Notes under the pieces: model-generated
What the model was told of the DNA's origin: nothing
What the model saw: the letters and a program-made list of their open reading frames with translations, nothing else
The model's database searches: none
Source: Phoronis australis
Taxonomy: Eukaryota > Animalia > Phoronida
Assembly (NCBI GenBank): GCA_002633005.1
Contig: NMRA01000098.1
Coordinates: 433,435-497,434 of the forward strand
Direction: 5' to 3'
DNA: 64,000 bases
Translations under genes and position numbers: made by a program
Part shown: one piece after another, positions 27,401 to 42,400 of the stretch
How positions within the stretch are numbered: the stretch's first letter is position 1
Layout: each line of letters starts with the position of its first letter

Positions 27401-30400
27401 TGTTGGCTGATTATCCAACTACCAGTGCAAACTTCTTTTGTCAAACAGCTCTTTTGTGCAGAACTCAGTGAATTCCAACAGACATTGTCATCACATAAAA
27501 ACCTCATAAAACAACATTAGGGAATGAAGTAAATGGAGAATAGGCAGTAAAATTTCCAATATACGAGGCGCACACAATTGGTAAAAAATAGCGCTTTAAT
27601 CCACTACCACTTAGCGTTCATTCTCCAGGAAACGTTCATGCAAACTATCTTGCAATCTATCAGTTCGTCTCAAATTGTTCGTTATCTGGTAAAAGGACAC
27701 AATGTTCGATCTTTATTAACACTGCAATTAACTCCTGCTTAAAAATAACACTCAAAATAGATAAAATCACAGAAGTGGTAGGTGGCTTCAGGCAACCTCT
27801 GTAGCAAGAGAAAAAATTGGCGACACTCCTTGACACAAGATTGCATATTCAGCTTTTCAGAGGTAAAGTAAGAAGGAATGCCAAGTTCACAGGAGCTAAT
27901 CACATTGGAGAAACCCTTAAGAAGCCCCCATTAGGCACTTGGAACAAACAAACAGGCCTGTATCCAAAACTGCAGCAAATAGCCCAGCTCCCTACCTAAT
28001 CTCTGGATCAACAAATTGCTTCAAATCTGAGCAGATTCTCTTTTCACCAATTAAGGATAATATTTAGTTAACAACCTGGCTATAATGACCCACCATTAGA
28101 GTTAATCTGTTGTGAAATCAAACAGGGCTGTAATGACTGCATGGGTTTGTGTTTACTCTAGATTCTTGTTATGTAATGGGGTAGGGAGAGGTTGAAATGT
28201 GTATTGTGTGGTCTTGGTAGGGTCAATGTAGAAATGAGAACTTGGCTGTATGTGGATAACAATGATGTAAAGTATAATATAAGTTAGAAAATTCTTATAC
28301 ACCAGTACAACACATAATAACCACACAAAATGGCGCTTTCCGATCATGATGGCAAATAACGTTAACAGCAAAAATTCCTGGTGATAACTATTAGGGGATA
28401 CAAACTGGAATTAGCCACCATATTATCTTTCCTGCTCCTCTCATTCTCGGTCAAGACGGAAGGCTACACTGAAGATGAGTTTGGTATCTGCCTTGTCATC
28501 ATGACTAGAATTCTAGGTCAGTTTGTTTGAGTACTTTTAGCATGTACTGAACATGCATGATAATTGTGTTTTGTTTTCTGGTGAAATGTGTACTAGACTA
28601 TCCAAGTTAAATGTTCATAGATTGTAAACAATGAAAAACCTGCTTCCATGTAAGTATGAGGACTGATCCAGCACCTGTACAGTTGATGAATATATTTCAA
28701 CCGAAGTTTAAACTTTCCAAATTTTTTTCATGAAAATATCCCTTATTTGCGCAGTGCAAGAATTTCTTTTAAGCAACAAACTCCAACGCCTATCCAAACC
28801 CAGTTCATTCATCACCCAGGCAACCACTCAAAAATACTGTGAAAATGGCAGTTAATGAATCCAGCTTACAGTGATAAAAAAGCCTGATCATGTTCTTAAC
28901 AAATAAACAAATTCCAACCAAGCTGGCTGAAGACACCAAACTAGTTCTCAGCAAGCCTGAGTCCATCTTAACACCCGGATGAAACAGGACCCGTGACACG
29001 GTCCACCTGATTTTTACCTTTCTCATCAAATTATTCAATTATTTAACAATTGCTTCCAGTATTTCTGGGAAAAACTACTTTTCACAATCATTGTAGGCGT
29101 ACTTTTTCTTGAAGCAGATCGCTTATTAGTGTTACGCAATTGCTTAATTATGCAAGAAGGTTTTCATCTTAATGCAGTAATGCTTCATCTGGTAACAAGA
29201 CGACGGTAGAAAGAGGATATACAATTTAGAATTAAATATACATTAATAAGTAGACACTTAAATGAAGCATTCACAAAGATAACAAAATGTATAATTAGCA
29301 TCTTATTTTATTCAGAAAGATAATTTCGGCAAATTGTAATCGATACGTGATGCTTTCATTAGAGGTTTGTGCGAATACTAAAAGCAAACTTCTCCGGATA
29401 TCTACAGCGCCCGTTAACCAGATAAAACACACAGAGAATTAATCTCCTTTTTAATAATCGCTGGGAAAATGAAAATTCAGCACAGGTGAGGATTAACAGG
29501 TTTAAATGATTCTTTTACCTGCCTGGCTTCAATAACATTTACACCTTAGACATTTAGCAACATCAGGCACGAGTAAGCAAAATGAACAGAGGTGGAAAAC
29601 CATGGAATACAGTGGCTATTCAGCAGAAACAAGAAAAGTTTACATTGATAGTGGTTATTATTCTTTGGCAGGAGAAAGGAGTATTGGTATAAAGGTGTTC
29701 ATAATGGGTCGTTCACTGTTCATTGGGAGGTAATTCGACCGTGCCAAGCTGGAGTATAAGACGGGCTAAGTTGTTGAGAAATTCAACACGACCTTATGTT
29801 TGTTTTACCGTGACCCCATTGCATGCAGCAGCCTCAACAATGAGGCCAAGAAACATAAAGAGAATCTGAAAATATGGCCAACTTCTTTCTTGATACACGT
29901 TTTACTTTTTGTTATACATTTACAACAGAAAATGCAATTTATAATATACAACCATAGTTCAGAAAGTGTCAATACATTCAGATGCCAAGACAAAACTTGG
30001 ATATTTTTAATTTGACAAAGTCTAAAAGGTCATGTATACCATTGTTTATATGCAGTTTTTGAGGCAATAGTAGAGAGGTCCCTCATCTTGAGAACCAGTT
30101 TGATGCCTATTATTCAGTAGAGGAAACTGGTTCTCAAAATGCAGCACCCCTATATCTGACCATTACCTTCACAAAACAACCAGAGAAAAGGTGCTTTTTG
30201 TGAAGACATCATAGGCTTCAGAAGGATCTTAGAAAATTTAGGCTTGACACAAAACCATGGCAACTAAATGAACTATATTCAAATGTCTACTGAACAAATG
30301 TATAGTGTTCTTTATCTAGACATATATGACGATACTGCAAAAAATACGGAAGAACTAATCTTTATATTTCGAATTAGAATTAACTACCATTACTCCCAGT

Positions 30401-33400
30401 GAAACTTCAGGCACTACAACATCGCAATCCACTAGCTATTTCAGTGTAGCAAACCAGAAGATGTTTCTAGTGACCAACCTACTGTTATCTCTACACTACC
30501 ATTACTGAGTTCCAGTTAAAATCTGCATTGTCACCACTTAACTCACCAACAGTAGATTCAATAAATGTGCACCTAAAATAGTCCGTTGTGTACGTATTAT
30601 AAACATGTTATATCTCATATGTGACGATGATTGGGTTATCATATCTCGATTCATGATATGCAAATCAGCTTGCATGTCATGAATGTTGATGTAACAACGC
30701 ACAGTTATCATCACATACATTGTATAACATAATTAATTACTAACACAAGACAATTTTGGAACCAAAAAAAATGTAAATGGTGTATTATTTCTGATTAAAA
30801 TATTTCAGCCAACAAATTGCCCAATCCTACATGACAGATAGTTTCCTGAATTGCTTAAAACATTTCAGCCAAGAAATTGCAACAATTGTATGTGACCCAA
30901 CTATGCTGAATAAGCCGAGGACAACAATTCATGTCACCTACTCTAGAGAACTCCTGTTTTGACTTGTGTCATGAAGCTAATATTAATGAGGTCAGGGGGT
31001 CAATTTCCGACATTGTGTCACTAATCGCTTCTTACGCCACAGGAATTCACCATGGTTTTTATTAAACAAAATTTCTCCCGGGGAATTATGCATGAAAACA
31101 TTCATTGTATATGGAGAACTATTAAAGCAACAGAAACATACGAAGGACGATTGAATACGAGTTTTTGACACGATTGTAAATAACATCACAAAAGAAACAC
31201 AACGAAAGGAAAACAAAAATGACAAAGAAACTTGTTTATCAAATAGTTGCCATAAACTTAGATAAAACACATTGCAGGCATGAGATGACCAGAATATAGG
31301 AAGGATACATGTGCCATAGAGGGGTACTTAAAGGTTATTTAAACAGGTGACAACAGAAAGTACAACTGTAGAAAATGTCCAACTCACAATTATCCCCTCT
31401 GGCTACTTTCTTTGCAACCTGTCAATCTTATTGGCAAACTCGTAAACATGGCTCGGTAAAAAATGAATAGCAGCCTAGTGTCAGGGTATACCTGAACTAA
31501 ATGAATAGCAGCATACTGTAAGGGTATACCTGAACTTTGGTAGCACTTTTGGTGTATGTTCTTTGTAATTATGTAAAGGATTAGGAAAAAGTTGTTTTCT
31601 ATACTAACAAAAACGTCTGTGGAAAATCTGGTTACTTTTCTAGCAATCTAAATGATAATGAAAAATTCAAGAATTTCCAAATGCTTAATCTAATAAAGTC
31701 TATGTTCAGGTAAAGGAGTGGAACAGATATTTCAGTTGTGTGATGTATGATAAATATTTTACTCTGTGTTTCAATAACAGCCAACTTTTCTGAGAGAGGA
31801 ATGGTCAGTCTCATTCAAATTTGACTAAAAAAGGCAGGTCGGATTTATTTGAATCTTTCAAATGCTATGCTTTATACCACATCAGCCTGGAATAGCCAAT
31901 ACAACCATTAAATAACCCATTTAGTTATTCAACGACGTTGAATAACATTTTGGCAGGAAACCGTGGTCGGTTTCGAACCTGCTCCGCAAGAGTTTCCAGT
32001 TGTCGACTTTACCACTGTACCACACAGCAGATGACGTCATCGAACGTGATAAATGAGCATGTGCAACAATCGCAAGTTCAACACAAGGCATTGCACACTA
32101 TGAAAAATAAGACACACATTTTCAATAAAAACATCTTTAATTCAACAAAATTTATGTCATTTTTTCTCACTTGTAAATCATCGATCTCCAGTTTGAATGC
32201 GAGTAACGTGTAACGTATCGTCGGGATCCTTTGCCTTGGATATTAAACTCAGTAATCAGTGGTAACCTACTTTAGCAGACGACATTTTCATGATGGAAGT
32301 TTTCAAGATGTGTAGTAAGCTAGAGTAGTTGCTTAAATATTATTTTGCAGATTCACTTTAGTTCTATTTTGTTTCAATTTTTATTTGGTTTTAAGTAAAA
32401 CATCATTTTAACAAGAAATACTCGGCGTTTCTTGAAAGGTCACAACCTCCGACCTCAGACCTGTGACATAGAAAGTATTTTCAAAAGCCGAGGCGATTCG
32501 AGAAAGGTAGATCGATTCATTGCAATGTTTATCATTCAGAATGTTCTCAGTCGTTATCCCCCTCGTGGATTTTGTAGAATTATCACCCAAGGGGCGCTAG
32601 CCCAGAGGGCGATAATTCTCTAAAATCCATTCGGGCTCTAGATTACGGGGATAATGACTTCGCCATGTAATTATTATTATTATCCAAAACACTGTTAGGG
32701 ATTGTCTTCAAAATGTCCCACTTTTGTATGAGAGAATACCAGAAATATTATTTTTGTTTTTTCATGAAAAATAAATATTTGCATGAAACGGAAATGTGTT
32801 TTTGAGATTTCATCTCTAGTCATTTCTATCAACCAAAATTTGGCCATCTTATTGATAAAACATTGTTTTGCTAGCAATGTACTTTTTTCTGAAATTCATT
32901 AAAAAGACATTAATTGACATATGACCCAATAAATGTCAGACTGGTAAACAGTCAAATTCTACCGGCTTTCTTCTTTTGGAAATATATACTTTTACTGAGT
33001 TTAAAGGTACAGTTTTGAAGATATTTACCTATACATGTATATTACACAATCTTATGGGCAAGGTTCTACATAACCTAAATACCAACAATACCAGGCAAAA
33101 GCTTACATTATTCAATTAGACAACCAATTCAATTTTGACTGCTCATAAATTCCTCTTTGGTGAAAGACTCCCACTGTCTAGACAGGAATGTTTTATACAA
33201 CATATGTGTTCTATAGCTTCAGTTCTTATTGATGGCATTGCACATTGATAACCAGATAACCGCCATATTGAATAACCGTGTTGTGACAGTTCTTCAGTAG
33301 TTTCGGAATTACAAAAATTATCATTGTTTTTCACAGGCAGATTACCTCACTACCAATTATAAACTTTGCCAAATGCAAATACACTCAAATCTCTTCAAAT

Positions 33401-36400
33401 TGTGATACAGTATGGCTGACAAGTAAAATTTAATTTACACATTTTTCCAAGCAACATAAGTAGCACACAGTAAAATCTATTTCCATGTTCAAGTTTTGGA
33501 CCACAGCTACCAACAAACAAAGTTTTGAAAAACTGTAGGCATTCACAACAATGTTCAAATGACAGTTACGTCACTTTTTTACCAAAAATGGCAAGAATTT
33601 AGAGAAACTTTGCCAAATGTTGCGTTAAGACATCCAAAATATAGAGACATTGCAACTGGATGAAGGAAGTTCATTGCTTAACTGATAGCTGGATTTAGCC
33701 TCAATTTTGAAACTACTGTCGTCTGGAGTTAAAACCAAATAAGAAATTTCAGTAATGTTTTCAAAAGTCAAATCTGAATGGAGTCATTGAACCTGAATGA
33801 TAAGTCAGTAGTGAGGTACATCTCGTTAACACCTGCACGACCATACTTTGTTTCTAATACATGGCCACATCTGATACATGGCCATATATCCGAAGACTTG
33901 GGTGATTTTGCATTTTTGCGACTTTTGTTGCACCAATGTAATGCAGCCCGGACGCATGTAACAAGTCACCATTGCAGTCATTAGTCACAATATATAAGTC
34001 CACCAATCATTACTAGTCACTGGTATTATGTGACCCCTCATCACTGGAAGCATGATCCCACGTCTGACCACTCACTACTTGGTGCATTGGTCTCAGGTTA
34101 TTGGTCATGACAGGAGTCAGGGATATGGGCAATAGTCACCTACAGTGGCCCCAGATTCAGAGAACCAGTTTGCTGCCTGTTATTCAGAAGAGAAAAGTGG
34201 TTCTCAAAATGTGGGTTATGTGCCCGTCTTGGTACTATTGGTGTATTCAATAGTTTCTTTGCTCCACAATCCACTCACCTCTCAGACTCGGCCCAGCAGT
34301 GGCCAAGTTGATGTTGAACTTGCGTTTCTTGTGCCAGCAGTGAATAGCGATGCCAGTGGCAAGAAGAGAGATGAAACAAGCCAGTAGCACGAACAGAAGG
34401 AGGTTACTTAAGGTTGCATCGGGGTCAGCAGCGCCACCTTGGAACTACAACGATCGAGAAACATACGAGTCTATGAAAGTTTTGTGCTGTGTCAACTTCT
34501 GTCTTGTAAGTGGTTTTTACTCAACAATAAGTGTATTAGTGGTCATTGTGCATCAGCCACAAACGCGACCTTAAAAAGTCGGCCTGTTCTGACCAATTGG
34601 TCAGTTATTTTATTGAGAGCTATTTTGGGACGGGGCGCAATTGGCTTATTAGGCCAAAAATAAAGCCTATAAATCACAATCTGATCACAGCATTGTCACC
34701 ATACACGATTACGTGTGATTTTATATGACTGTTGAGAAATATAGTAATAAAAACAGCCAACCCTTGACATTGTGCGAAACGGTATGTCCCAAGATAATAG
34801 TCATATCGGCTAAACGGAGCTCAATATACTACGGTAGTACGGCATATGTTAGCTACACTGAGAACAAGTGGGGTTTCAATTATTAAAAAGAAGATAATGT
34901 CAAAGTGATGCAAAAAGCCTAACAGACAATTATCTGATGTCTGAAGCAGAGAATGTTAGCAAAACACATACCACTTCACACTAAGTACATGTAAATATCA
35001 AATATGCATGTTATAAGTATTAATGACAAGTTAGTCAAGACAAAACTCTTATAATAGACACATGTACAGAGAAAATACATTAGAACAACATAAGAAAATT
35101 TCAAGGTACAATGTTTATACCTTGCATGCCATTGTAATGTGAGTCCGGAAGCTTTGTAATTCAGAACCAAAATCTCAGTTAAGTCAGAACCAACAACAAA
35201 AAACAGAACTTTTCCTTAACTTAAATGGCGCCCCACTTTTCTTTATCGCTTGCCAGAATGCATTTTTGGCCCATATCCAATGTTTTCAGTTCCCAAGCCA
35301 ATTAGAAGAGGAAGGCTCACAATACAATTCCCTCACATTTTCGTAAATGTTTTTTGTAAATGTAACGGAAAACATGCATCAGCAACGAGAACTAATATGT
35401 CTACTCACAACCTAATGTTACTATAGTTACTACTTCATGCACATATACGAATATGTTTAGATTAGTAAAACCTTCTTATTTCCAGCATTAATTAACCAGG
35501 TATTTCAAGCACAGTGTTACATAATCACGATGTGTAAACCATTACCACTACAAAATTCCATTAGTGTTACACAAACCAACTGCAACAAGAAAATCACAAG
35601 CCATTCATGCTGGATATCTTGAAGCCTCTTACACCAATAATTAGGTCAGTTGAACTGGATAATTAGGTCAGTTGAAGTCATCAACTTCAAAGCAGAATAC
35701 ATCAAGTGTAGGGCAGCCAAACTGGCCTCAGAGGCTAATCAATGAACTCCATTAGATAGATTAAGATGAAGTGAAATAAGGATGCGATAAGGCCGCAGGA
35801 AAAACATTTTTTTTTCAGTGCTGCCTAAGGCTTTGATTAAATAGTCAAATCTTAGTCCACACTGACAGCATTCTAGTTTAATGTCAAGCGACGCATTGGT
35901 TTTTGTCCCCCACATATTTGACAGCCACTTAATCCTCTACTATGCCTTCAAGTTCGACTGGACCTTCAAGGACGATCTTTTTTCAACTGACCCCAAATTT
36001 AGCCCAATCAAATACAAAATTTGACGATAACACACAAGCGTGCATTTCGACTAGGCATTAAATAACCCCCCCATGCACAAGAAACAATACACCCAGGGTA
36101 GTGACAGACTAAGCTCCCAGGCAGTGAAAGAATGTCCACAAGATTTAAGCAGTAGACATTTCACAGCTTGCTGCACCAGAAGGGTATATTACTAGTTGTC
36201 ATATTCTATACGAATCCTTAAGATGGCTTCATTTTTAGAACGATCAGATACACCTAGTGGTAGAACTGTACTTCACCAATAGATTTGTAAAGTACCGCTG
36301 GCATTATTTTTATCAGGAACGTTAATCTAAGGTGCTTTTGTTTGTAGAAGAACAATTACCACACAGAAATTGGACACTAGCTAAAATAAATTGATATATG

Positions 36401-39400
36401 GACTAAAACCGGTTATTTTTCTGTTAAGTTTCTGCAGTTGCATTCCTCACAAAAATTGGGAACAAATACATTAAAAGCAAGCTAAAATGAATGCGTTAGG
36501 TTTCCGTTCTCTAATATCCGTTCATGAAGTAACCATTTGTTGTTAGCCTAACTCTTTAAACCGTGCTAGATAACTGGTCTACAAGTCAAGATAACCAACA
36601 AAACACTGTGAGGAGACTCAACAATGGACTAGATTAATATCTGCATTTGCGTCGATTTGGAAACCACTATCGTCCGAAGTTGAAATCGAATGAAAGGTTT
36701 TCGTAATGGAATCAGTGGCATGCTAGAAGAGTGTTGGGAACGACCATTTGTTTTGAAATAACTGTTAACTCCAGTTACGCTGTTGCAACGAAAAACAAAA
36801 CATTTTGTTTATGTAAAGGTCAGTTAGTAGCCAATTGAAAATGGGTAAAAAATTGGAAAAGTTGCTTATGGTAACATCATTTAGAAAATTCCAAATGAGT
36901 GTCCTCACTGCACAGTGGACACCCCTGCTGTTTAGGCACCTAACTACAAGAAATACATTAGAATTCTAGATCAATTTCATCAACCAAAAATGCTACATCA
37001 AGATACAGAATTACTTCATTTTAATATCATCTTATTTGTGATACATAATGAGGATGCAAGGTAAAAATAAACTTAATAACTTTTACTTCCATCATTGTGT
37101 ATGAAGTGTGGACAGTTATAAGCCAAACTCAAGTTGAGAACTACATTAGAATTGGAGAGTTACTTGCACACTGTTAACAAATTAGCATACAAGCAAAGAG
37201 CGATTAAGTTTTTAGTTGTGGGACAAAACATATTCGGTCATTCCTATTGACTCGACTTCATTCATTAAGTCATTAATGAGGTATGACATCTAAATAGGCA
37301 GTAAGAAGTGACAAACAGACAGACAGACAGGGACTTGTAGTGAGTCTTACCAACGAGTTAACAAACACAGGATCAACCTGTGGCGCATCTTGGTACTGAA
37401 ACACGACAGAGTGTCACATTTGCATTCACACAACACGTGATTAAGCCGACGAATTTCCCGGGATCTTTTCTCTGGGTGATGGACGGGGCGACAATGTTGC
37501 CACCCATCCCAAGGCGATGCCAAGGCAATACGTGTGCATACAGGTACAACAGACATAATAGTGAGTTGCATGAAAACATTCCCAACTGAACACTAGGACT
37601 AAATACCTAGCCCAGGCCATTGTCCCACAAAGCTAAACAGTCCACCCCAGACAATATCAATGCCACATTATGGTAATTCTCCACTTATTTCGCACAAAAG
37701 TAATTGCCAAGGCCGATTACTTTTTTACAAACGATGCAAACTTTACAAAACAGCGTTTCACGGTGTCTACACAGTACAGACCATGTAATAGACTGAATTT
37801 TCTTCAAATTAATTTTAGTGGAGAAATTTGACAAAGTATAATTTCACTTGTTGGCCATACTGCATGCTAAATTCTATGAAGAGTTACCCTAGTCACCCAA
37901 GATTACACACTTGGGGCAAATTACCAATCCCAGATGATGGCTTGACCTCACCAACACTTGCATATGAGACCCTTCTGGAAAAAAATTACTCCCAACATCG
38001 CACAGGCGATAAATACAAAATATGATTTAATAACTGACATAATCCAAGCATTGCGTGGCTGTTGACGCCATGGCGATGGTTAGATGTCTGTCTCTGTTCT
38101 AGACAACGTCAAACCTGGGTTATGATAAAACATATAAAGCAGTGCAACTTGTGCAACGCCATTCACACGTTTCAAAAATCTGCTGCCCAGCAATTTGTTT
38201 CTATGGTAACGGAATCGTGAAGTTCAACACAATTTCTCAAGCAAGATACTGATATGTGTCAATTAAGTTTTATGCTCAATTATAAATGTGTGAAAATTGT
38301 GATTCATAAAAAATAATGATGATAAACAAGACATGCAAAGTGTACTTTCTGCAACAGATTGAGAAATTGATGAACAGAATAAACGCATTTTCTACCAAAA
38401 GAATAAAACAGGTTCTGATTTTTAAAAATGTATGCATGGCACAAACCAAATCACCTATTTGCCTACAATACGGGTGCGGTGCAAATGTAGCGCGTATTCA
38501 TACACTGAAAGTAGTGCTGAGTGATCATTAGGGTAGTTCTAAACTCATCAAGGGAATAATTAAAGGCTTTCGCTCAGTAGATTTTGTATCACTAGATGAA
38601 CCATGTAAACAAAACAACTCTGACACAGCACATTGCTTATCAAGTTCCTTAGAAATGCATAAAGAGGAAATATGGACAGCAATTGTGCAATTTTCTGCAA
38701 ACGAACCAATGTGTAAAATTTCCATAAGGTTTTGAATCATTATCATCACAACTTAAATCAGTTGTAGATGACGTCATTGAGGCCCATCTGGAATTATGAA
38801 CAAAATCTGCTGGTAGAAAGTCTTCATCACACTTCAGGGATGGGAAGCGGTGGTGGGATACATACCACCTGCAACAGCACTTGCTCATTGTAAGTCTTGT
38901 ACGAGTGCTTGATGGTTGATAACTGCTCCACAGAGGGCGCTGAGACATTGATCAAGATGGCAAAGTCTGTTGCCTCCACAAATGACACGGAGCCCTGAAA
39001 AAATAAATAGTTGCAATTTGGCAGAACAACCACACGACAATAAAACGCCTAAACACTTGAGATATGTTTTTTCAGGACAAAACGTATTCAGTTATACAAC
39101 TGGTCTCCAATAGGGTCCTGATAAGAAACTAAATATTAACAGTCAAGTTAACAAGATGGTATAAGAAGAATTTAAAGAAAACGTTCTAACGTTAACAAGA
39201 AATTTGACACAAATAAGTGAAAGACAATACAATCAAAAATAGCAAAATCATCCTGTTGAGATTACAGAATTTTAGGAAGTCTTCATTTTATTACAAATAC
39301 AAAATTCAAAGTTACAGTGGATATTTGATGTGGACAAAACGGAACTAAATGCAGAGAAAGCAATCAATTTAATAACCAGGAAAACGACTACAGGAAATAC

Positions 39401-42400
39401 ATAGAGGCTATGTCGAAAGAAAATTAGGATGGTGCCCTAAAGACTAGTAACCAAATTTGCTAAAATGAACATTAATTCTTAAATTCTATAAATGTCCAAG
39501 GGAAATGGATCATGTGAATTAATCAAATAAAATCAGGAGACAGAAATATTGCATACAAGGATAACAACATTATGTGTGACCACAGGGTACAGAAAAGTAG
39601 CGTTTTGGGAAAACACCTCCATACTAATTACTGTAAAGGCCAATTTAAATAATGGAATTAATCACTTGATAAAAAGCAATGAATTTGGACATTCCTCAGT
39701 CTGCCGAGGAAATTAAACTGCCTTTTCAATCAAGTTTTTCACAAATAACAAATCCTATTCCTATTGGGTTTTGATGAAATTGAACAGGCATCTCTCCATG
39801 ACTGACTTTCACTGCTCCCCTGAAGGGGTCACTCTACTATATGTATGCACTCATAGACCTAGTAGGGTAGACACCTTGGTCAGTTAGATAACGCAAAACA
39901 TACAAGACTCTATTAGAATACATCCAGTCAGAGAAGTAGTTGTCAATGAAGTACCTGTTACAATTGCACAGTGCAGTGTGATAAGAATGAACACCTGAGT
40001 TTAACATTAAATCCACAAATGATTTTCTGTTATTGTTCATATTTTACGTAAGTACATAGCTGAGTATTTGTTTAAAGGACTGTGAAGAACTTTCTTGGTT
40101 GCCAAACAAGCATAGTTAATGATGACTTAATGAGCTTGGGAAATTTCCAATTAGAGTGATGGCTATAATCCCCAATGGCAAACTAAGTTAGTTATAGGAT
40201 CAAGAAAACTGACCTACTGGTCAGCAGTATCGGGTTGTAGAGAGCCTTAGGATATGACCAAATGGTGTAGTTACTGAATAGCTAACATTTACTAGAAGTT
40301 GAGATCAAAATTGGACACCGCGGAAACGCTCGAAGGTCAATGTGTCAAAATGAATTCTAGGCACCTGTATAATGGAATATTTTTGTTAATTCCTCAAACG
40401 CAAACCAGGTGGCATTCCTTGCAAAAATCGTAGACACCATATATTAACAAACTACTTTGTTTCAGGGATGCCACAACTGCTAAAAGGTGGCACACTGGCA
40501 AACAGTTCTACAAAATGGCTGTTATGGCAATTTTTACACCGAACAAGTCAATAAATAATCACCTAAACTTTAATGAACACAGGAAAAATATGTTCTCAAA
40601 AACAACTGACAGCAAATGCTTTTTCAACCCACAATGAAATCAACATTCTACATAATGTTTCAGACATTCCCTGCAATTCTTGCAAATTGTGAGCAGCAAA
40701 TTAAGTGTTTGAGCAAATATTTTTGTCCAATTGAGATTTATCATAATACACCTTTTCACCTCCAACTGCTCATCACATAAGGGCCTTTCATACTAACGTC
40801 GACGCGTCAATGGTTTGGGGAGTTGTGGTCAGTATGAACGCTTAACTCCGGTCCTGGATCGCAGTTAACAGCTCCTGTTAACATCACAGTTAACAGGTGG
40901 ATTCAATAGCGCAGCGTCAACGCTGCGGTGCAGTATGAACTCTTAACTTTGGTCCAATCGAAGTAATCGCCAGGTGCCACTCTGTTATTGTCAACAGTTA
41001 CAGGGCAGTGCCGTCACTAATAGCTGCTTATATTTTGTTCTAATAATAACTAATCAATTTAAAAATAAGTTTAATGTCACTTAGCACATGTAAATGTTTC
41101 CAAATTGAAACATTGCAAAAAAATCTTAGCGTGAAACGCTACCTTGCGATAACTTCGATGACGACAGCGGCACCAACCGCTTACTTCGATGTTCATTAAC
41201 TACCGAAGCCAGTATGAACGGTCCAGTTAACTGTGCTGTTTACGTCGACGCTCCGCTCAGACCGGAGTTAAGTCAACATGAAAGGGCCAACAGAGAGCTA
41301 TCTCATCTAAGGTTAACCTATTTATATTCTGCATGGCAATTTTTATGGCATATGCACTAGTGACATTAGGAATGACTTTGTAAGACTAGAGTGCCGTTTA
41401 CACATCAAAAGTTGACACGGATCAGCTGACACAGAACAAGTTATTCCAGTCTGTAAACGGGACTGACACAGGGCAAATTGACACCGCGGTGACAAATTTT
41501 GCCACCCGTTTGTGAGGTAGAGCAATTTGTGCCCGAACGTCTTGCTCCGTGTCCGTTATATGTCTAAACGCGAAACTGGGGCAAGGCGGAAAGGATCATC
41601 TCCACTGCGCTTGCCTAATGACCTACGTACGGGTTCTTTGTCTCTGCAACTCTCGTCATTTGTAAACCCGCCCATGTGCGATCCAGTCTCTCCAGCCTGC
41701 AATTTCCGTCTTGCCACAGTTAGCGAGTTGTGTGTGTAAACGGCCGCTTGACACGGGTCAATTTGCTCCGTGTCAGTTGCACCGGGCCAAAACTTGATGT
41801 CTAAACGGGACTTATGTTAGTAGGGTATTTCTGTCTTTCAGCAGCGCAACAAAATTGGATTCAACAAAATGGAAATTCTTTCTTACAGAGCCTATTTCAG
41901 CTTAAACTGATTTTTTACTTTTACCAATGGGTCATTAATCGGGTCGCATGACCTTGTTGTACTGGTAAAATTTAGTAAAAAACAGAAAATATTGTACACC
42001 GATATCAAAACAACAGTTTCAATAACGTGACCAAATTTTATTTCGTATGAATGTTCAAGATGAAATCTCAAAAATGCTGTTACAGTTTTTAAAATAATTG
42101 TTTAGTTTTCGTTTTACACATCTGTTAATTTTTCATGAAAATTATAAAAGCAACATTTTTTGAAAACCGTTCATATGCAAAAGTGAAACATTTAAAAAAA
42201 TTCTGACAGTGATGTTGAGACCAGTGTATAAAGCACTGTATGTGAATTCAGTCATCCTCCATTTTGAGATATGATGTTCCAAAGTTACCATAGCAATTTT
42301 GGACGTTTTATTAGGGTCCTACATAACCTGAACTGATAAGGTTACGGTATAAGTATCACATTCACTTAGTAACCTATTCTAAGAATAATGCAATACATTA

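Noticed and set aside
30547-30572. 26-nt candidate microexon with good AG/GTGAGT sites
   Set aside because: It would shift the frame between exons 4 and 5, which join directly in phase 1.
39837-40040. Minus-strand ORF (YFIDNYFSDWMY...) as an extra exon
   Set aside because: The acceptor phase is incompatible with the phase-0 intron it lies in.
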